64,000 nt of DNA, taken from positions 23,106,299-23,170,298 of the forward strand of contig NC_134025.1 of assembly GCF_964204645.1 (NCBI RefSeq), written 5' to 3'. Of this stretch, positions 49,898 through 64,000 are shown piece after piece. The notes under the pieces were generated by a model that was given only the letters and a program-made list of their open reading frames with translations, searched no databases and was not told the DNA's origin. Each line of letters opens with the position of its first letter. Position 1 is the stretch's first letter. Source of the DNA: Tubulanus polymorphus. Its lineage: Eukaryota; Animalia; Nemertea. The position numbers and the translations under genes are program-made.

Positions 49898-52800
49898 ATG
49901 GCTAAAATATTGGGCAAAGATCCGTACAGTTACCAGCAGGAATATGCCAGTTTCCTACAGGACGTCAAACGTTTTCACAACCTTCGTTGGTGAGTAGAAA
50001 ATGAAATTTATCAATTTTTTCGTACTTTTCGACCAATTGAATTATTCCCGTAGATTTCTGGATCATTTGAGGCATCCAAAGCCGGCATCAAATGCCGAGT
50101 CGTTGCAGCATCGGCGATGGTTCAGGGCGGGTTCGCAATGGCCATCCCCCTCAACCCCGAGACAATTCAGAAGTTTGGATGTTTAATAAAGATATGCTTT
50201 CCGCGTTCAAAATAATCCGGCTACCAGTAGGCCTAGTACACAGAAAAATGATGTGTGAAAATTGGAAATCTTGAGACAATGACAAGCTTGATTCTTAAAA
50301 GGGCCCCATTCTTCGCCCTCTGTCCCCCATATTGTCTATAACTGTATCTACAAGTCAAATCTCCCCTCGCAAAATAGTTCATCGGTATTTTAATTTTGTG
50401 TATTTCAGCTCGTCGTTTCACAGTATTCCTCGGATTGGAGGCAAAGAAGTCGACTTGTACTTGCTGTATACAAAAGTGACCACTTTGGGTGGTTGGGTAA
50501 AGGTGTGTATGCCATGTTGTATGCTAGCTATATATTGCTTTTGAATTTGCCTCCACTAGTAGTACTGACTTGCTGGTTTTCAGTGTACTACTGGTGAATG
50601 ACTTTTATTCCTGGAAGTAGTAGAATACTGTATTGGTAATTTTCAATGTTGAAGCATTGATTTTGAATTAAGGGTGTTCGCTGATGTAGGGCTAGGTTCA
50701 CACAGAATGAGTTTGTCATCTTTTTCGGTAAAATTAGCCTAATAAAGCTTTGGTGTTGAGTTTTGGGCAATAACAATTTTTACTCGAATTTGAGATTATC
50801 ATCCAGTCACACTTATTCCAAATATGGGGTGGCTGGTTTGCTCCGCCCTATTTTGGTCATCATCGTTTAAGTATCCCTGCCTGGCGTAAGTTCCCAGTTC
50901 TGGAATAAGAGTTTGTTTTCCAAAATGTGTTCATCTTCTTCTTATAACTCTCTAAGTCAATAGCTTAGCACTTTGATGCTTAAAACAACATGCTAAATGA
51001 TTTAGCAATGAAACCAATTTCAATCCCAACTTCAAGAAAATCGTTCAATTATATATAAAATGGTTTATGCAGAAATTTGGATTTAAAAATCTGACTTAGC
51101 CGGTTTTACTGTACTGATTTCGTTAACTGAGCAAGGAAAACAAAAAGGTCCTAGGCAATGTAATTCAGCAGTACTTTCCTTGGTTTAAGATGAAAAAATA
51201 GTTGGAACAATATGAAAATGTTCCATCCATGGAGTTCCTTCTATTCCTGAAGTTATTAGAAAATATTAGCCTCAATTTAGAATCAAGCCCTTTCGATGCT
51301 TGGCTGTCTGGATAAGCGAATAGGTGGTATATTATTCTGTGATTAATTGATAGGCCTAGTTTATGGCGTTATGATCGATCTCTTATAATAAGCAGAATTC
51401 TTATATTAGACCTAAGTGAACTAAGTCTGTTATTGTTGCTCTGGTCTAATGCCTCGTCTAAATCGGTTCTTTTCAGGTCAATGATGGTCAAAGATGGGAA
51501 GAGATTCTACAGTTATTCAACATTCCAAAAAATTGTACGAATGCGTCGCAGGCTTTGAAACAGATTTATTTGAGGTAAGCAATTATTTTCTTTTCTGAAA
51601 TTGTGTCCTTGATATAAACAAGTGTAACACATCATTTTAGCAGCCAGTGATTAGTGCATTCTTCAGCAGGTTTGTCAGTTGATCTTAGAAATTGTTTATA
51701 ACTGTGGAAAAAGATGTTTAGTTTTTTGCGTGTTTTTTTACGCTGCGAATAATTTCCCTATCCGAACTGTTTCTAAGTTGTGTTAGGAAATTTCTAAGTT
51801 GCGTTAGGAATTCTCTCAACCAGATTTTTACTGAGCCAAATTTTAAAAGAACACCGTCTATCATAGAATTTATATTAGTTTTCAAGATGGCTAGCATGGC
51901 AGGCGAAATGTCATTATAGCGCTTTTCACTCACCTTTACTTCCCCAATGGAAAGTTCAAATGTTTATACATTACTTTAGGAGGTTGGTGCATCTTTGTGA
52001 TTATGGCAGAATATGGGCGGAGACAGGGGGGGGGGGCGAAAGGGTGTAATGCCCCTAAAAATGTCAAGTTGCCCCGAAATTTTACAGGAAAATAAAGAAT
52101 GTATAACTGTACCAAAAAAAAAAGTTTACACTCATAAGCCTGTTCTTTGTGTTTCCAAAAATGAGTTTATGTTTTGTGATGAGCTTTTTCTTTCGAGGGT
52201 GCCCTTTTGATTAGGCCTATATGATACATGCGCTACTTTTGGGGATAACCCTAGATCCAGCCCTGAGAATACTTTGTTTTGGTTACTAGCCTACTTAAAA
52301 ATAATTTCCGCTTAAAATATTTTGTTGATGCTTTGCTCTATTTTCGAATTCCTATCGATTGTTGATAGGCGTCGATCGCATTGTTATTGAACTTTCCCGT
52401 TATTTTGTTTGAATTTCGTCGAGTTGTTTGTGAAAGTATGGCAAATTTGATAACAACAGTCACTTGGCGAAAGTAGTGTTGGATTCTTCCCTGCTTGAAC
52501 CATTTATCTTAGATTGCCGACTGCAAAATTTCTATTCTTAAAATTCAAACCCTTGTGTTCAAGGTGGCTTCTATATATAACCTGAAACATTTGTCACAAT
52601 AGATATCCATTCTTCTGATATCGTTGACTCGGGATATTTGTGGCTAATATTGCAGAACAATTTCTTATTGAGAGCTGTATGTAATTCACTCCATTCGACA
52701 TGATTGTTAGTCATCTTTCTACGACTTTGCCGATTATTTGCTGTAAATCCGCTTCGATGTACCGCTTCATTTCGATGATTTCAAAATGTTCCGTTTCCGC

Positions 52801-55800
52801 AGACTTTCCGTTTTATGGCTTTCGGGGATTAAATTATGAATTCGAGATGACTCATTAGAACAAATAGTTAGTTCCCTTTTCAAAAATATTATGTCGGGTA
52901 TTCTCATTGGCCACCCCGTGTATGTGAGCTTATATACTAGTTACATGTTTGTCGTAGAATGTGAGCTAATTCCATAGATTTGTGAGACATTGAAATGTAG
53001 GGTTTGTCAAGGCACTGGAGGGAGCCGGATATTGTTATTTGGTTATACATCATGGACTCGCTTAGGAGTGGGCCATAGATGTTCGCAATTGATAAAACGC
53101 TATATCCGTGTTGAGACGATACTGCAGAGAGAATCCCATAATAAGAATAATAAAAAGCAGTCCGAAAATGTAACTGGAAAATATTCCTTAAGTTTGCATC
53201 ATTTTTGATTACTTAATAAATTAGTCTTATTGTCTATAATCTCTGTTGAACTCCACTATTCCTGCAGATGACTGTTAGGATATACCGGGGTAGTTGAATC
53301 ATTGAATAAACTACTAGCTCAAGGAATACTGAATTCCTGAAGATGATATAGGCCTAATTGAAACGTTGAATAAACTATATATTTTCAAGGAATACTGTAG
53401 ATGACTACGTACATTAGAATATAGTCGAAACATTGAATGAACTACTAGTGGACAGTTACATTTTCAGACTTTTTTTTTTTCATTACTAAGAGATTCTCTC
53501 GACATTAAGGCTTTAGCTGTGTATCAGATTTTCAATTCACTCATAGCTCAGGTATTTGTTACGGATGTTATTACGATACGCCACATAATAGTCAACTCAA
53601 ATCCTGAAATATGTTATTATGAAGATTGGGCGTCGATCGCAACGTTCGCCATCGGATATAGCGGTATCTCATCGTGAAGTCGATTTAAGAAGAAAAATAA
53701 ATCCATGGTAGAATATAGGATATAATTCGGCGACGATATGCGTGCATGGATTATGATAAAGTCATGCGAGCACGAATTGTCAAACGGCGTGTGTTTTGAA
53801 GCCCGAGCTGTGGCTGCCGTTTCCTAGAAGTGCGCGAACCTTGCATTTGTACGATGGCACTTACTCTTCAATGCTTGTCGTATCCATGGTGATGTATCTA
53901 TGCACCGGCCGCCGCCACCGTAGATCCGGAGAGATGTCATTAAACTTCTAGGATATGTACGGACGACGAAGTTAATTTTTCACGGTTCGTCTTGATTCGA
54001 TCATTGAATTAATTACGATTCCGTTGAATGTACAAAGTCTTCGTGTCGCCGATGCTCAGCTCAGCTGTATTAGCGTGTACCGTAAAAGCAATAGGCCCGT
54101 AATAAACTTTTTCGTTGACGCTTATTTGTACAGCTTTATTTGAGAGCGCATTTATCATAGAAATGTAGATATCTTGGTTAGATAGAACGATTATGTAGGA
54201 TGTCGAAAATTTTATGTTTTTTTTTCTATTCGTCTGCCGATAAAACTACTATAGGAGCAAATTTGCCACAACAACACGGGTTCACGCTTTTTAACGTTCA
54301 TCCCCGACTATTTTTCCCTTTCTCTCTATGCACTAGACATTGAATCCATTACGAACTGCACGTCTGCTTAGCTTACACACGCATAACTGAAGCTTCGTGT
54401 ATACGCTGCCTTATTCATAGGTTCGGCGATAAACGAGTTCCGCCCCGGAATATCGTCAGCCAGGCAACTGTTCTACATGACGTGTTTGCTTCATCGTCGT
54501 TGGAAATTAACCCTTTTACGCTTAATTGCGGCGAATAGTTTTTCCTTTTAGTACAGTCCTCAATTTGAAAACGAAGTGAAGGTATTGTGTATGACAGTAT
54601 TTAATTTTTGAAATGGGATTTGGTATCGCTGACATTGAATGAAATAGATCTATTAGATTAATTAACGCGGGTTATTACAGTGCTCCAATTGATTATATTT
54701 ATCGTATCAAATAGAAGTTTTAGGAAATTTAGTCACACCCAAATGCCAGTAGCTGAAATGATTTTATCATTTTTAAAACAAATCTATCGAATAATCAGGT
54801 TTATTGATAATTATGTCATGAAAGTTAGTTATAAAAAAGAATGATTTTTTTTCTTGGATTATTTTCACGAATATCTTCTGCATTTCACAAGTGACTAAGT
54901 GACACACGCGCTGTAGCGTTGTGAGAGATAGAACGATATTCAGAGACGCTCACAGTTTCTAACAGTAGCTTCACGCGCCGCGTCTGCTCAACAACCACCA
55001 GCGGTATATCGATTGCTCACTTGCATACACTATGACAGATTGATTCGCCGGAGAATGTGATCATCGCTTTTACATCTACTGAATCCGCGTATAATTCGTT
55101 GACGTAGCCTTTTTCTATAAATCTAAATCGAACGTATCCGCTGCTGCCTACGTCATTCGAATATAGTATGCGGTGCAGTACTAACGTTGTTGTTAAGAAT
55201 TTACAAATACGGACGTTTTTGGTGGCTGATCCCATTTAACGTATGTTCGGTTTTACTTATATACTCGAGCTACTTGACCGGTTGAAGCGTGCTATTTTCA
55301 TCTATTGAATAGAGTCCTCCCGGAATCGCATTGCCCTATTATTGAATGCGCACAGCTCACTGCTGGCTTTGTTGCTATGTGAAATTCGTGTCAATGACTC
55401 TGAACTAAAACCGTAATGAATGGTGTCTCCTCTCTGGTTTAGCCCTCCTCTTGCGTGGTCGCTGCGAATGATTTCACTTCGTAGTTCTGCTATTTGATCT
55501 AGAACATCCTTACCCGACGTTCCGTACGGTAGACTTCTCGATAATCCCGATTTCAATTTTAAATATTGCGGATTTAGCAGAAATAGCGCAATTCCAATGT
55601 TCCACAATATGGACCAGCCCCGTGTGAGAGTGGGTGACTGCAGTTTACGTCGCGTCCCTAATGGTTTGCTACCTAACTTAACCATAGGCCTAACCCTGGG
55701 GCCAGTTTTATAGACTAGTGTCAACTTTTACCCGGGGGCTAACTCGATTCATTTTCAATTGAGTAAACCCCTGGCTTAAAGTTAATACCAGTCTATAAAA

Positions 55801-58800
55801 CTGAACATAATAGGAAGCTGACTGAAACGGCGGACCGAAATTCCGATGTTCATACGATTAAACGATAAATTATCAGTATTTGCGTCGTTCGTGTTTTTCA
55901 GGTATTTAGACGCGTATGAAAAGTTACATTTCCTCGGCGTCGATCCGAATCAACGCAGCGAATTCGAAGACGATGAACGGCCGTCGCGCAAAAAGTCGGT
56001 GTCGACGTTTCTCACCGTGCCGATGTACTACAATCACAGGCAACATCACGTTGCAGGTAAAATTTTAAAAAAAACGCTTGATTTCATTCATGAATTTCCT
56101 TGCACTCGCAGTCGCCACTGCTGCTGCTGCTGCTCGGCTATTGTGTTTGCTTTTGAATGATGAGTCATTTATGTATAAGTCAAGTTCACCTGTACAAGAT
56201 ATGAATTATAAGCTTCAATTCGAATATCAGCGCATTGAAATTGAAGACAATAGTTATGTAGAATAGATTGTAATCTTAGTTTAACTTAGGACTAGTGCTA
56301 AGAAATGGGGCTATGGGTATTGATGAACTGCTGTCCTTGCTTACCGGGAACAATCGATGAAAATGCCTCGCTGTCCCTGCTGGTGTTTTTTTTTTAATGC
56401 TATTGGAAATCTATTGCTGCCCCTGAGACATTTCTCCCGTCCCTCTATAAAAAATTGTTATGATCCTTCATTTCTCCTCATCATGTCCTTGAAAATTTAC
56501 TTTTTTGTCGCTGATGTGGTAATTGATAGGTTGGCAGGTCCGCATTGATGAAATCCCTGCTGCCTAATTAAATTAAACGCACTAACTAGCTTTCCCAATA
56601 TATTAAGAGAGAATTGTTTACAGAGATTGCTTCAACTTGCACGGTTCAATATCTGACTAGCGTTTTGAGTTTTAGGGTTGGTTACCCGCTCGTGTATTCG
56701 TGTTGGCTCACTATGATGATGATACAAAATTTCGAATTTTAGATAACGTTCGAACTGCTAATGGAATGTCAACAGCATTCGCGGCGGTTACTGCTTATGA
56801 CAAGCTTGAGAAGTCACTACTGTCCGGATTACCGAACGAGGTGGATTTCGCAGTCAACGTCTGCACGTTGCTTTCGAACGAGGGTAAACATACGATGAAA
56901 TTGACCCGCAGCAACAAATTAGTGGATCTGCTCATGGCACATATCGGAATTTTTGCCGAAGGTATGTATGCCGGCCTACCTACTTAACGTGTATGTGATT
57001 TGATGAATTATTCACGTTTATTTATATGGTAAAGCCCACTTAACTTCTTTTTCTCGGAGACCGAGTAAGGTGGAAATCGGTATTCCGACGACCACCGATT
57101 TGCAATCTTCAGGCCCCAGTATGTCATGATATTGAATATATGTATAATGTTAGTTAGAGCAGTTAGAAAATTGAAGGGATCGTTCATTTATTACGTACGC
57201 ATAAAATTTGAAATTTTCAACCCCCTCTGTACGCAAAATCGGCCATTTTTTCGTATACATTAAGCATAGTACGCTATTGCACTGACCCCTCCCCCTCCCC
57301 TAATGCGTACGTAATAAATGAATGACCCCATATGGAAATAATGAACTTATTTGTCGTAATCAAAGTCTCGTCATTATTGATTGGCTTATTCTCCTTTTCT
57401 CCTTTTCTTTTTATTTGATTCAATAGAAATCGTTCGTGCATATCCATCTTCGCATGTCACTTTCCTCCTTTGTTTCCGTGAACTATCCAATTACCCTATT
57501 GTCGGAAGATTGATCGTTTATAGAAGATTGAAATATTCTTTTTCGTTTTAACCGTATTTTTCGTTTAATCCTCGCGTACCTCCCTACTGCATGCGCCTTC
57601 CTATTCATTTTTTACAGTTTCATTTTCGTTCTTGATTTCTCCTTGGTTTTGTATAAATCTATTTTTTCATTTTCTAATTTAATAATTGATTTATAAAATT
57701 GCGATGAAATTAAAAGAGAAAAAAAAAACAATAATCAATACGTGATATACGTTCAAATGAAATCAAGGCAATGGACTGTATGTGAATATATGGGCAGTGG
57801 CATATCTCTAAAGAATGAATAATCCGATATGACTTTCCAACCTGTCGGGATGTCGCGATAAATGGCATTACCGACGATGTGGATTGTGCATTTTATGATG
57901 AAATTATCGATGATTGCGGGCGTGCTCGACGATAGCATCGCTGGCGATCGTCGCGTCAATTGAAATCCGTGTAGGCCCCTATTTAGATCGCGACCGGCTG
58001 ATAAAACGTTTTATTACTGGAGATGAGGTCTCGTCGACGATCCGCTGCCCGTATGTTTGTGTTGAAGGCGTTGTTTTGATTTCAGCTCGTAAACTGTTGC
58101 CGGACGACGACGTCGCGTCCACCGCCACTAACGCCGCTGTTCGTTCGTCGTCTATAGGTCCGGGCTCGATGATCGATTTTTACCACCAGTGGAAGAAGAC
58201 GATGAATCGCGATTTCCTGCGCGTAAGTATTGCTTCGTGTCGTCGTGCAGTGATGTGTGTTTGCTGTTAGGATTAGATAGCCCTTTCAGTGCGTCTACGC
58301 CGCAGTGCGGTGTATGAATCAGTGATGGAATTTGCTAGTAAACCGCACGGCGGTGTATTGATGTTATAAGTAAGTTTTTATCTAAAATTGAAAGATAGCA
58401 GCACCTGTCAATAGTAAGTTAGATCAGGCCGCTAATCAAACATTTCCCATCTATGTTTTATGTATTTTGGCTGTTTTAATTGGTTGTTATCTTAGGTAGA
58501 GTAAGGGAAAACAACTTATATGGGGATTGCTTGTAGTCCGATTACAGTTAAAAAGCTCATCCTTTTGTTAGAAAATTCCGGAAATATACTTAGAGAAATG
58601 AAAATTTTGTTCTTTTAGGTCTTAATAAAAGTAAAAGATAACGTCATAGAAAAAATATGAACCAATTGTAGAATGTTAAAGCAAACCATGCACTTTTTCA
58701 TGACGTTCCTTATTAACGAATACTGGTTTGCTATGCTGTTATGCGCTATAACACGAGTACACCAATGTTGCCATATGTGTTCCTAATCTTATGATTATAT

Positions 58801-61800
58801 TACTATGATCATTTTGTTTTGAGCGGCCATCTGTGATAAGCGGTCATTCAGGTGGTTACCATTGCTAATTTAGCTATTTGAAACTGGGTATAATAGTAGT
58901 AGTTCGATGAGATGAAAATCTCATCGCGAATAATCGTGCGACCGAGTTAAGCCTTTCTGCATTGATTATATCGTTTGTATGCGTCGTCAAAAATCTTTGA
59001 TCCGTTTATACGCGGCGTTTGCATTTTCTCTATCCGTCTATCTCGCTCGTTGCCTTCTGGCCGTATAATTTCATTGCATTTCCCCGAGTATAAATGAATG
59101 CGAGCAAGCGCGCGCGCCCGTCCGTTGCACTCAATTATCACTGCGAGCTATTTCGAACGATATTAGACTGTTATATCGTGCCGGCTCGCGATAACACAAC
59201 CAGCATAGGCACTGGCAAAAGACTCCTTCGTGGCGCGAAGTGGAGCCGTTGAAAAAAATATATAACCGTTGTCACCAGCAGTCGGAGACGTTATTGATTG
59301 ATTGATGGTCGTGCGATTCTTCTCGGCATTTTCATGATGATAATAGAATTATCGTTGTACCCCGCTGAGTGCCTTCAATAATCTGTATTCTCTGTATTAC
59401 AATACAAATCATTTTCATTCATCGATGCACTTTTTCTCGGCTGCCGGACCCGTATCGATTAATCTCTGAAAGCTCTCTCGTCGTCGGCGTCGGATCGAAC
59501 GTAAATGACTGCCGTCGATGATATGAAATATTTCATCGAAAAATAAATTATTCATTCCGGGTGCGTTGATGAAACATTTGAAATAATGCAATTGTTGAAA
59601 TGAGCAATTTTTTTTATTCATACGCGATTCGTGTATATTAAACTTAATAGGTTTGTGATATGTGCTAAACAATATACTCGATTTGGAAATAAACCAAGTA
59701 AATGACGATACGAAGCCACCTTACGAGAAGAAAGGAAATGGTGTACATAAGAATAGGCCCTGGAATAGAATAGTTATCTAATTCAATAGTCCTGCCGGAT
59801 ATGAATATAGCAATACATTTGCTATCATATTTGCAGCCGTAAAAAAGTATGGTTGATACGATTAGTAGTTGTGATGGGAATTCATATTAGTTGCGGTTTT
59901 CTTCCTGTATATGCTGTGCTTATTAGAACGCGTTTACATGACTGTATTTACAAGACGTTTTTGGTTTCTGTTAACAGTTCTGGCTCGATGCTGTGGAAAA
60001 TAAGGAAATATTGGAGCTGCTTTCTCCATCTGGTGCATTTAAGAGTAAGTACTGGCAATTTTTTTTTTCATTTATGGTCTTCGGACTAGAGTCGTGTTTT
60101 GACTAGTTCTAGTTGTCTTTCATCTGGCTCTTCTGGATAAATATTTGGTTAATTACTTTATATTGACCCGCAATTACAAAACCCTTGGTAAAGGGGAATT
60201 TTTTAGCTCCACTTCTTGGCTAAACTATAGATTTTTTAGAATAGGTTTGAATTGCAAAAGTTGTTCGAAATTCTACCTATATGTACCAAATTTCATGTCA
60301 CTGCACACTCTGTATAGACAAAATCCATTTATTTTGGGAAGTTGTGGATACATTTTTGATGGATTGTCTTGAACCCATCTTACTAGGCATTTATCTTTTC
60401 AATCTCAGCTGACAGGCTTCTTGTTTAATCTCTAAATGGCAACCAATGCCAAGAAACTGGATTCTTCTGCTGTTGTCATATACAGTGGTATTATATCATC
60501 TTCATGTTTCGTATGCTTTTCGTCAATGATAGGCGTCTAACTGAGGCATATTTTTCAGTTCGAGATCACGTGAAGCCAGTAATCGGAGAGGAACTATTCA
60601 ACTTGCAGAGATCGTCGGGCATCAAAGACATCGAAGGACAGCGCGTTTTACAGGTAAATGATATTCCAGATATGTTCGGGTTTATATGAAGTACGCAGTG
60701 CGTTGTTCATTACGATGAGAATGTCTCGTTTCAGATGGCGTCGATCATCAGAAATCTTTCATTCGAAGAAGAGAATACATCAGTGCTGGCAGCTCATCAT
60801 TTAGTTTTCAGGTAATGATAGTAATAATAGTAATTTGATTTTCGCTAAGAGAGAGAGAGCCTATGAAATGAAAATATAAAGGCTGAGTTTACAGCAAGTA
60901 GTGATGGTGCAGTCACCGAGCCTACAGGCTGTTATGACTGTGGACCATGCAAAGTGGTTACTGTACCCCAAAAAGTAAAACGAAAGAAACAATTTACTCA
61001 TGCCATCTAGAATTCTAATTGGAGATTCTAGATAGGAAATAACGAATTAATGGATTAATTAATACACATGCCTCCAAAGATTGAAATCATAACAGACGTG
61101 TCAAGGCGTTGTTTTCATTTGGAAATTTATGTTTTTGCAGGTTTTTGCTATTATGTGCTCATTGTAAATACTCAAATTTGCGCCAGATGGGTTTGGACAC
61201 GCTGGGCAACGTCGCCTCGCAGATGGTTCTCGACCCAATGGATTGTTGGACGACACAGCTTATTCTTCAGACAATCTGTCGGTGCTTGGCTTCGCGTGAC
61301 AAGTTTTCCGTCATCAGAGGTAAATGCCGATCACAAATATTCCGATTACAATTTTCGGCTGTATGTTCATTGATAGTAAAAGTATTGGCCGTTTTGTTTA
61401 TTCAGGTATGGAAATATTGAGCAAATTGTGTCAGGTCGAGGCGAACGAAGACGTCATTGCCGAAAACCTCGAATTGAAAGTTTACGAAGATATCGTGTCG
61501 ATGTTAACGATATTGGATATACAGTTAATTGTCCACACGCTTGAAGTGCTGTATCAGTTGTCGGAGCTCGGCGAAATGACCACTACACAAATTAGTATGG
61601 CCGAATCAAGTGTCGGTAAGTGCTTCGAAACAACGTGTAGCGTGTAATATCCTGATCTAGCGAGGTGTTCGTTTTAATGAGGATCTCTCTATCGCTGAAT
61701 AAATAATATTTGCTTCGCGCGACTGGTAGACTGATGTATTCTCAGTTGTTCAAAGTTGATTATTGAAACCAACGATTGCGGATATATTAGTTTATGCTAA

Positions 61801-63717
61801 CCCTATTTTGAGGTTTTGAATAAACCTTATCATCAGAGAAATGGAAATGAAAAAAAGGAAATGGCTTCCTTTATGTTGTTGCGATAATAAGTAAATGTCA
61901 GTTTGATTTTCTGTTATGTTATTGTGGTCCAAAGCTGGACCTGTAGTCTTGTAGGATGGGCATTTTGAGTTAGCCTTGGGGTTCATTCATCTAGGTGACC
62001 TTAAGTACTCGAAACTTTGAAAAACCTTTGCCTTGATTATATACCACCAGACTTGTTGATAAAACTAGGCTTGAATCACAATACAATCTAAGCTGAAGAC
62101 CGTAAACTTAATCGCTATTTGACTGTTAGACTGGTATTAATCTCAAGTATTTTTGAGTTCATGAGCAAAACCCACAGTTGATTTAACCATTTATTTTCTG
62201 ACAGTTTTGAAGTTTTCACTAAATTCTTCCATCATTGAAACCAAAAAAATTATTATGATTTATTCAATTTTTATATGTATTAACTAAAACTTTTCATTAA
62301 ACCGAGCAATTTATCATATCGTCATATCATTATTTACCATCAAAGAAGGCCACATACCTAATACACACAGGCTCTTAGTTTCGATATTTTATGTCCTTCG
62401 TGAAGTAGGTACTTCACATCATACCAAGGTACCGCTATTGAATGTGTTTTTGATTAGTGTGCTACGATAAAATGTATAACCCTAATGTATCATGAAATTC
62501 TCTTGATTTCGTGTTTCAGATTTACTGGTATCACTGGTAACCGTTGAAGCTCAGTCGTATGGTCAGAATGCTTTAGTTGGTATAAAGGTCGTTGAACACG
62601 CTCCGTCACCTGCCGAGGCTGCTGCTGTAGCTAATGTGTCATACAACAGACCACTGCCGAACACGATGCGACCGAGACCCATGCGTGGTCCTGTGCAGTC
62701 TGTTCAATTCATGCCACAAAGTACGTTATAATGTATCTAGATATTGGGTTCATGAGCTATTTAGAAAATATTTCCAGTGGCAAATGGTTTTAATATGGGA
62801 TTATATTGCACTAGTTAATATCCAACAAAATTCTTTAATTGGTGGACCTTGACTTTATAAACTTATGGGGCTCCTACAGGCCCCTCAAATCCCTCAAATT
62901 CCAAAATTCAATTTTTAGGGTATGAAACCCTCAAATTCTGATTGTTAGCCCTTGGCCCCTCAAATTCTGAAAATGCGCCTTCAGAAATCATTTTCATCGC
63001 GTATTTCAACAACAAGGAGAACAATTTTCAGGAGAACAATTCCTTAAAGTTTCTTTCTATTCATGAATACATTGTGTCTATGTTACATTTACAGCAGTCG
63101 CTCTGATTACTGTATGCATGATTGATTGGCATTTTATACGTCATTGTCCATAACTAAGGACATATTTATATTCAATCTTTATTTTCAGGGCAAGTTGTTA
63201 GTACCAGACCAACATTACCTTCATTACAACAGAACCAAGATACCGAAAGCGAACAATTCGCTTGTAATTGGTAAGTTTCGAAATACAACATCAGATTTCT
63301 CCTACACTAAACCGTTTAAACCGTTCGTAATAACGTCGTTATTCATGTATTTGTGAAGGTTGCGAGCTCATTTAGAATCATCGCCTATATACAGTATACC
63401 ACGAGTAGATTTGTATAATTCCTATCTGGCCGCATGTAACTATCACAATGTATCGGGTGTCATCTCAACTACTGATTTCACGCGCTGCGTTCGGTAAGTG
63501 TTACGACGAACTTCTAGTAACGTGAAAAAACGGCTTTTAATGTCGTACATGAAATTGCATAGAAATAAATGTATAATCCAAGTTTTAAATATGATTTACA
63601 GGCTGGTGTTTTCCAATTCCGAATGCATCAAAGTGGACAAACCCAATGGTATGGCTGAAATGCATTTCAAAGGAATAAGACGGAGACCTGTACCTTTATC
63701 ATTTCCTCCCCCTTCAG
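49898..63717 (+). CDS. ARID2: AT-rich interaction domain 2 (PBAF subunit BAF200), 5' part; gene continues beyond the window
   Basis: ARID domain ([42 protein letters not shown]), [54 protein letters not shown], and an RFX-like winged helix EQFACNWLRAHLE. The last exon seen ends at 63717. Confidence 0.93.
53265..53450 (+). repeat. Degenerate ~65-bp tandem repeat (3 units) in an ARID2 intron
   Basis: Recurrent ttgaataaacta..tcaaggaatactg..agatgact blocks. Confidence 0.55.
55702..55803. mobile_element. ~100-bp palindromic MITE
   Basis: cagttttatagact ... agtctataaaactg, with further internal symmetry. Confidence 0.65.
57176..57329. mobile_element. PIF/Harbinger-like MITE
   Basis: gggatcgttcatttattacgtacgcat ... 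atgcgtacgtaataaatgaatgacccc (27-bp TIR). Confidence 0.7.
58281..58411 (+). mobile_element. 3'-truncated second copy of the piggyBac-type MITE
   Basis: ccctttcagtgcgtctac..aatcagtgatgga..gctagta aligns to 44730-44855. Confidence 0.75.
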
Positions 63718-64000
63718 GTAGTTACATTTGATTTGCTCAGAGTATTTTTGACATGCCGTAAAAATCCTTACGATAATGTTTATATATACATTGATACCTA
63801 GTTTGCGTTATTTGAGGGTTTCTGTATGAGTTGATGTGCACTACATCGTCAATATTGGCATTTCAAGATAATTTCGACTATCATTGTAAATCTTGGAGTT
63901 TATTTTGTAATGAAATATATTTCATAACTTAATTTGATAATTTCGAGAATTATTTTTGAAATGTGCATTATGTCATCGATATATCGGGCTAGACTGTTTG

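Noticed and set aside
55302-55724. 140-aa minus-strand ORF inside an ARID2 intron
   Set aside because: It starts at a non-ATG codon inside a MITE and has no recognisable motif.
56675-56742. Upstream poison acceptor in ARID2 (tttag|GGTTGG..TGA)
   Set aside because: An AG followed by an in-frame stop is expected by chance in introns, and there is no independent support.

Overview
This is AT-rich, compact animal genomic DNA with short spliceosomal introns. A marine invertebrate (lophotrochozoan-like) source is my inference from the repeat types and is not proven. I hand-spliced nine protein-coding loci: MEMO1 (-), an intronless BTB-BACK-Kelch gene (KBTBD2/8-like, +), EXO1 (-), a CUB-like/LDLa type-I membrane protein (-), an LRRC74-like LRR+EF-hand gene (+), a divergent bHLH-Orange gene (-), an orphan 12-Cys protein (+), a CYP3-clan P450 (+) and SLC35F1/2 (-). 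The 5' part of a tenth, ARID2 (+), runs off the window. Repeats include two inverted copies of a Helentron/DINE-1-type non-autonomous element carrying a 154-bp satellite, many MITEs, a decayed Gypsy-like relic and a ~1.05-kb tandem duplication. The most notable signals are: (1) every satellite unit carries a near-consensus CTCF motif, and the two element copies place these arrays in convergent orientation around MEMO1/KBTBD; (2) a rearranged ~5.3-kb island (33.7-39.1 kb) holding a templated inverted insertion and the orphan Cys-rich gene; (3) a U12-type intron in EXO1; (4) a bHLH-O protein lacking WRPW/YRPW; (5) strong enrichment of TAGGCCTA and TACCGGTA. All gene models were read by eye without database searches.
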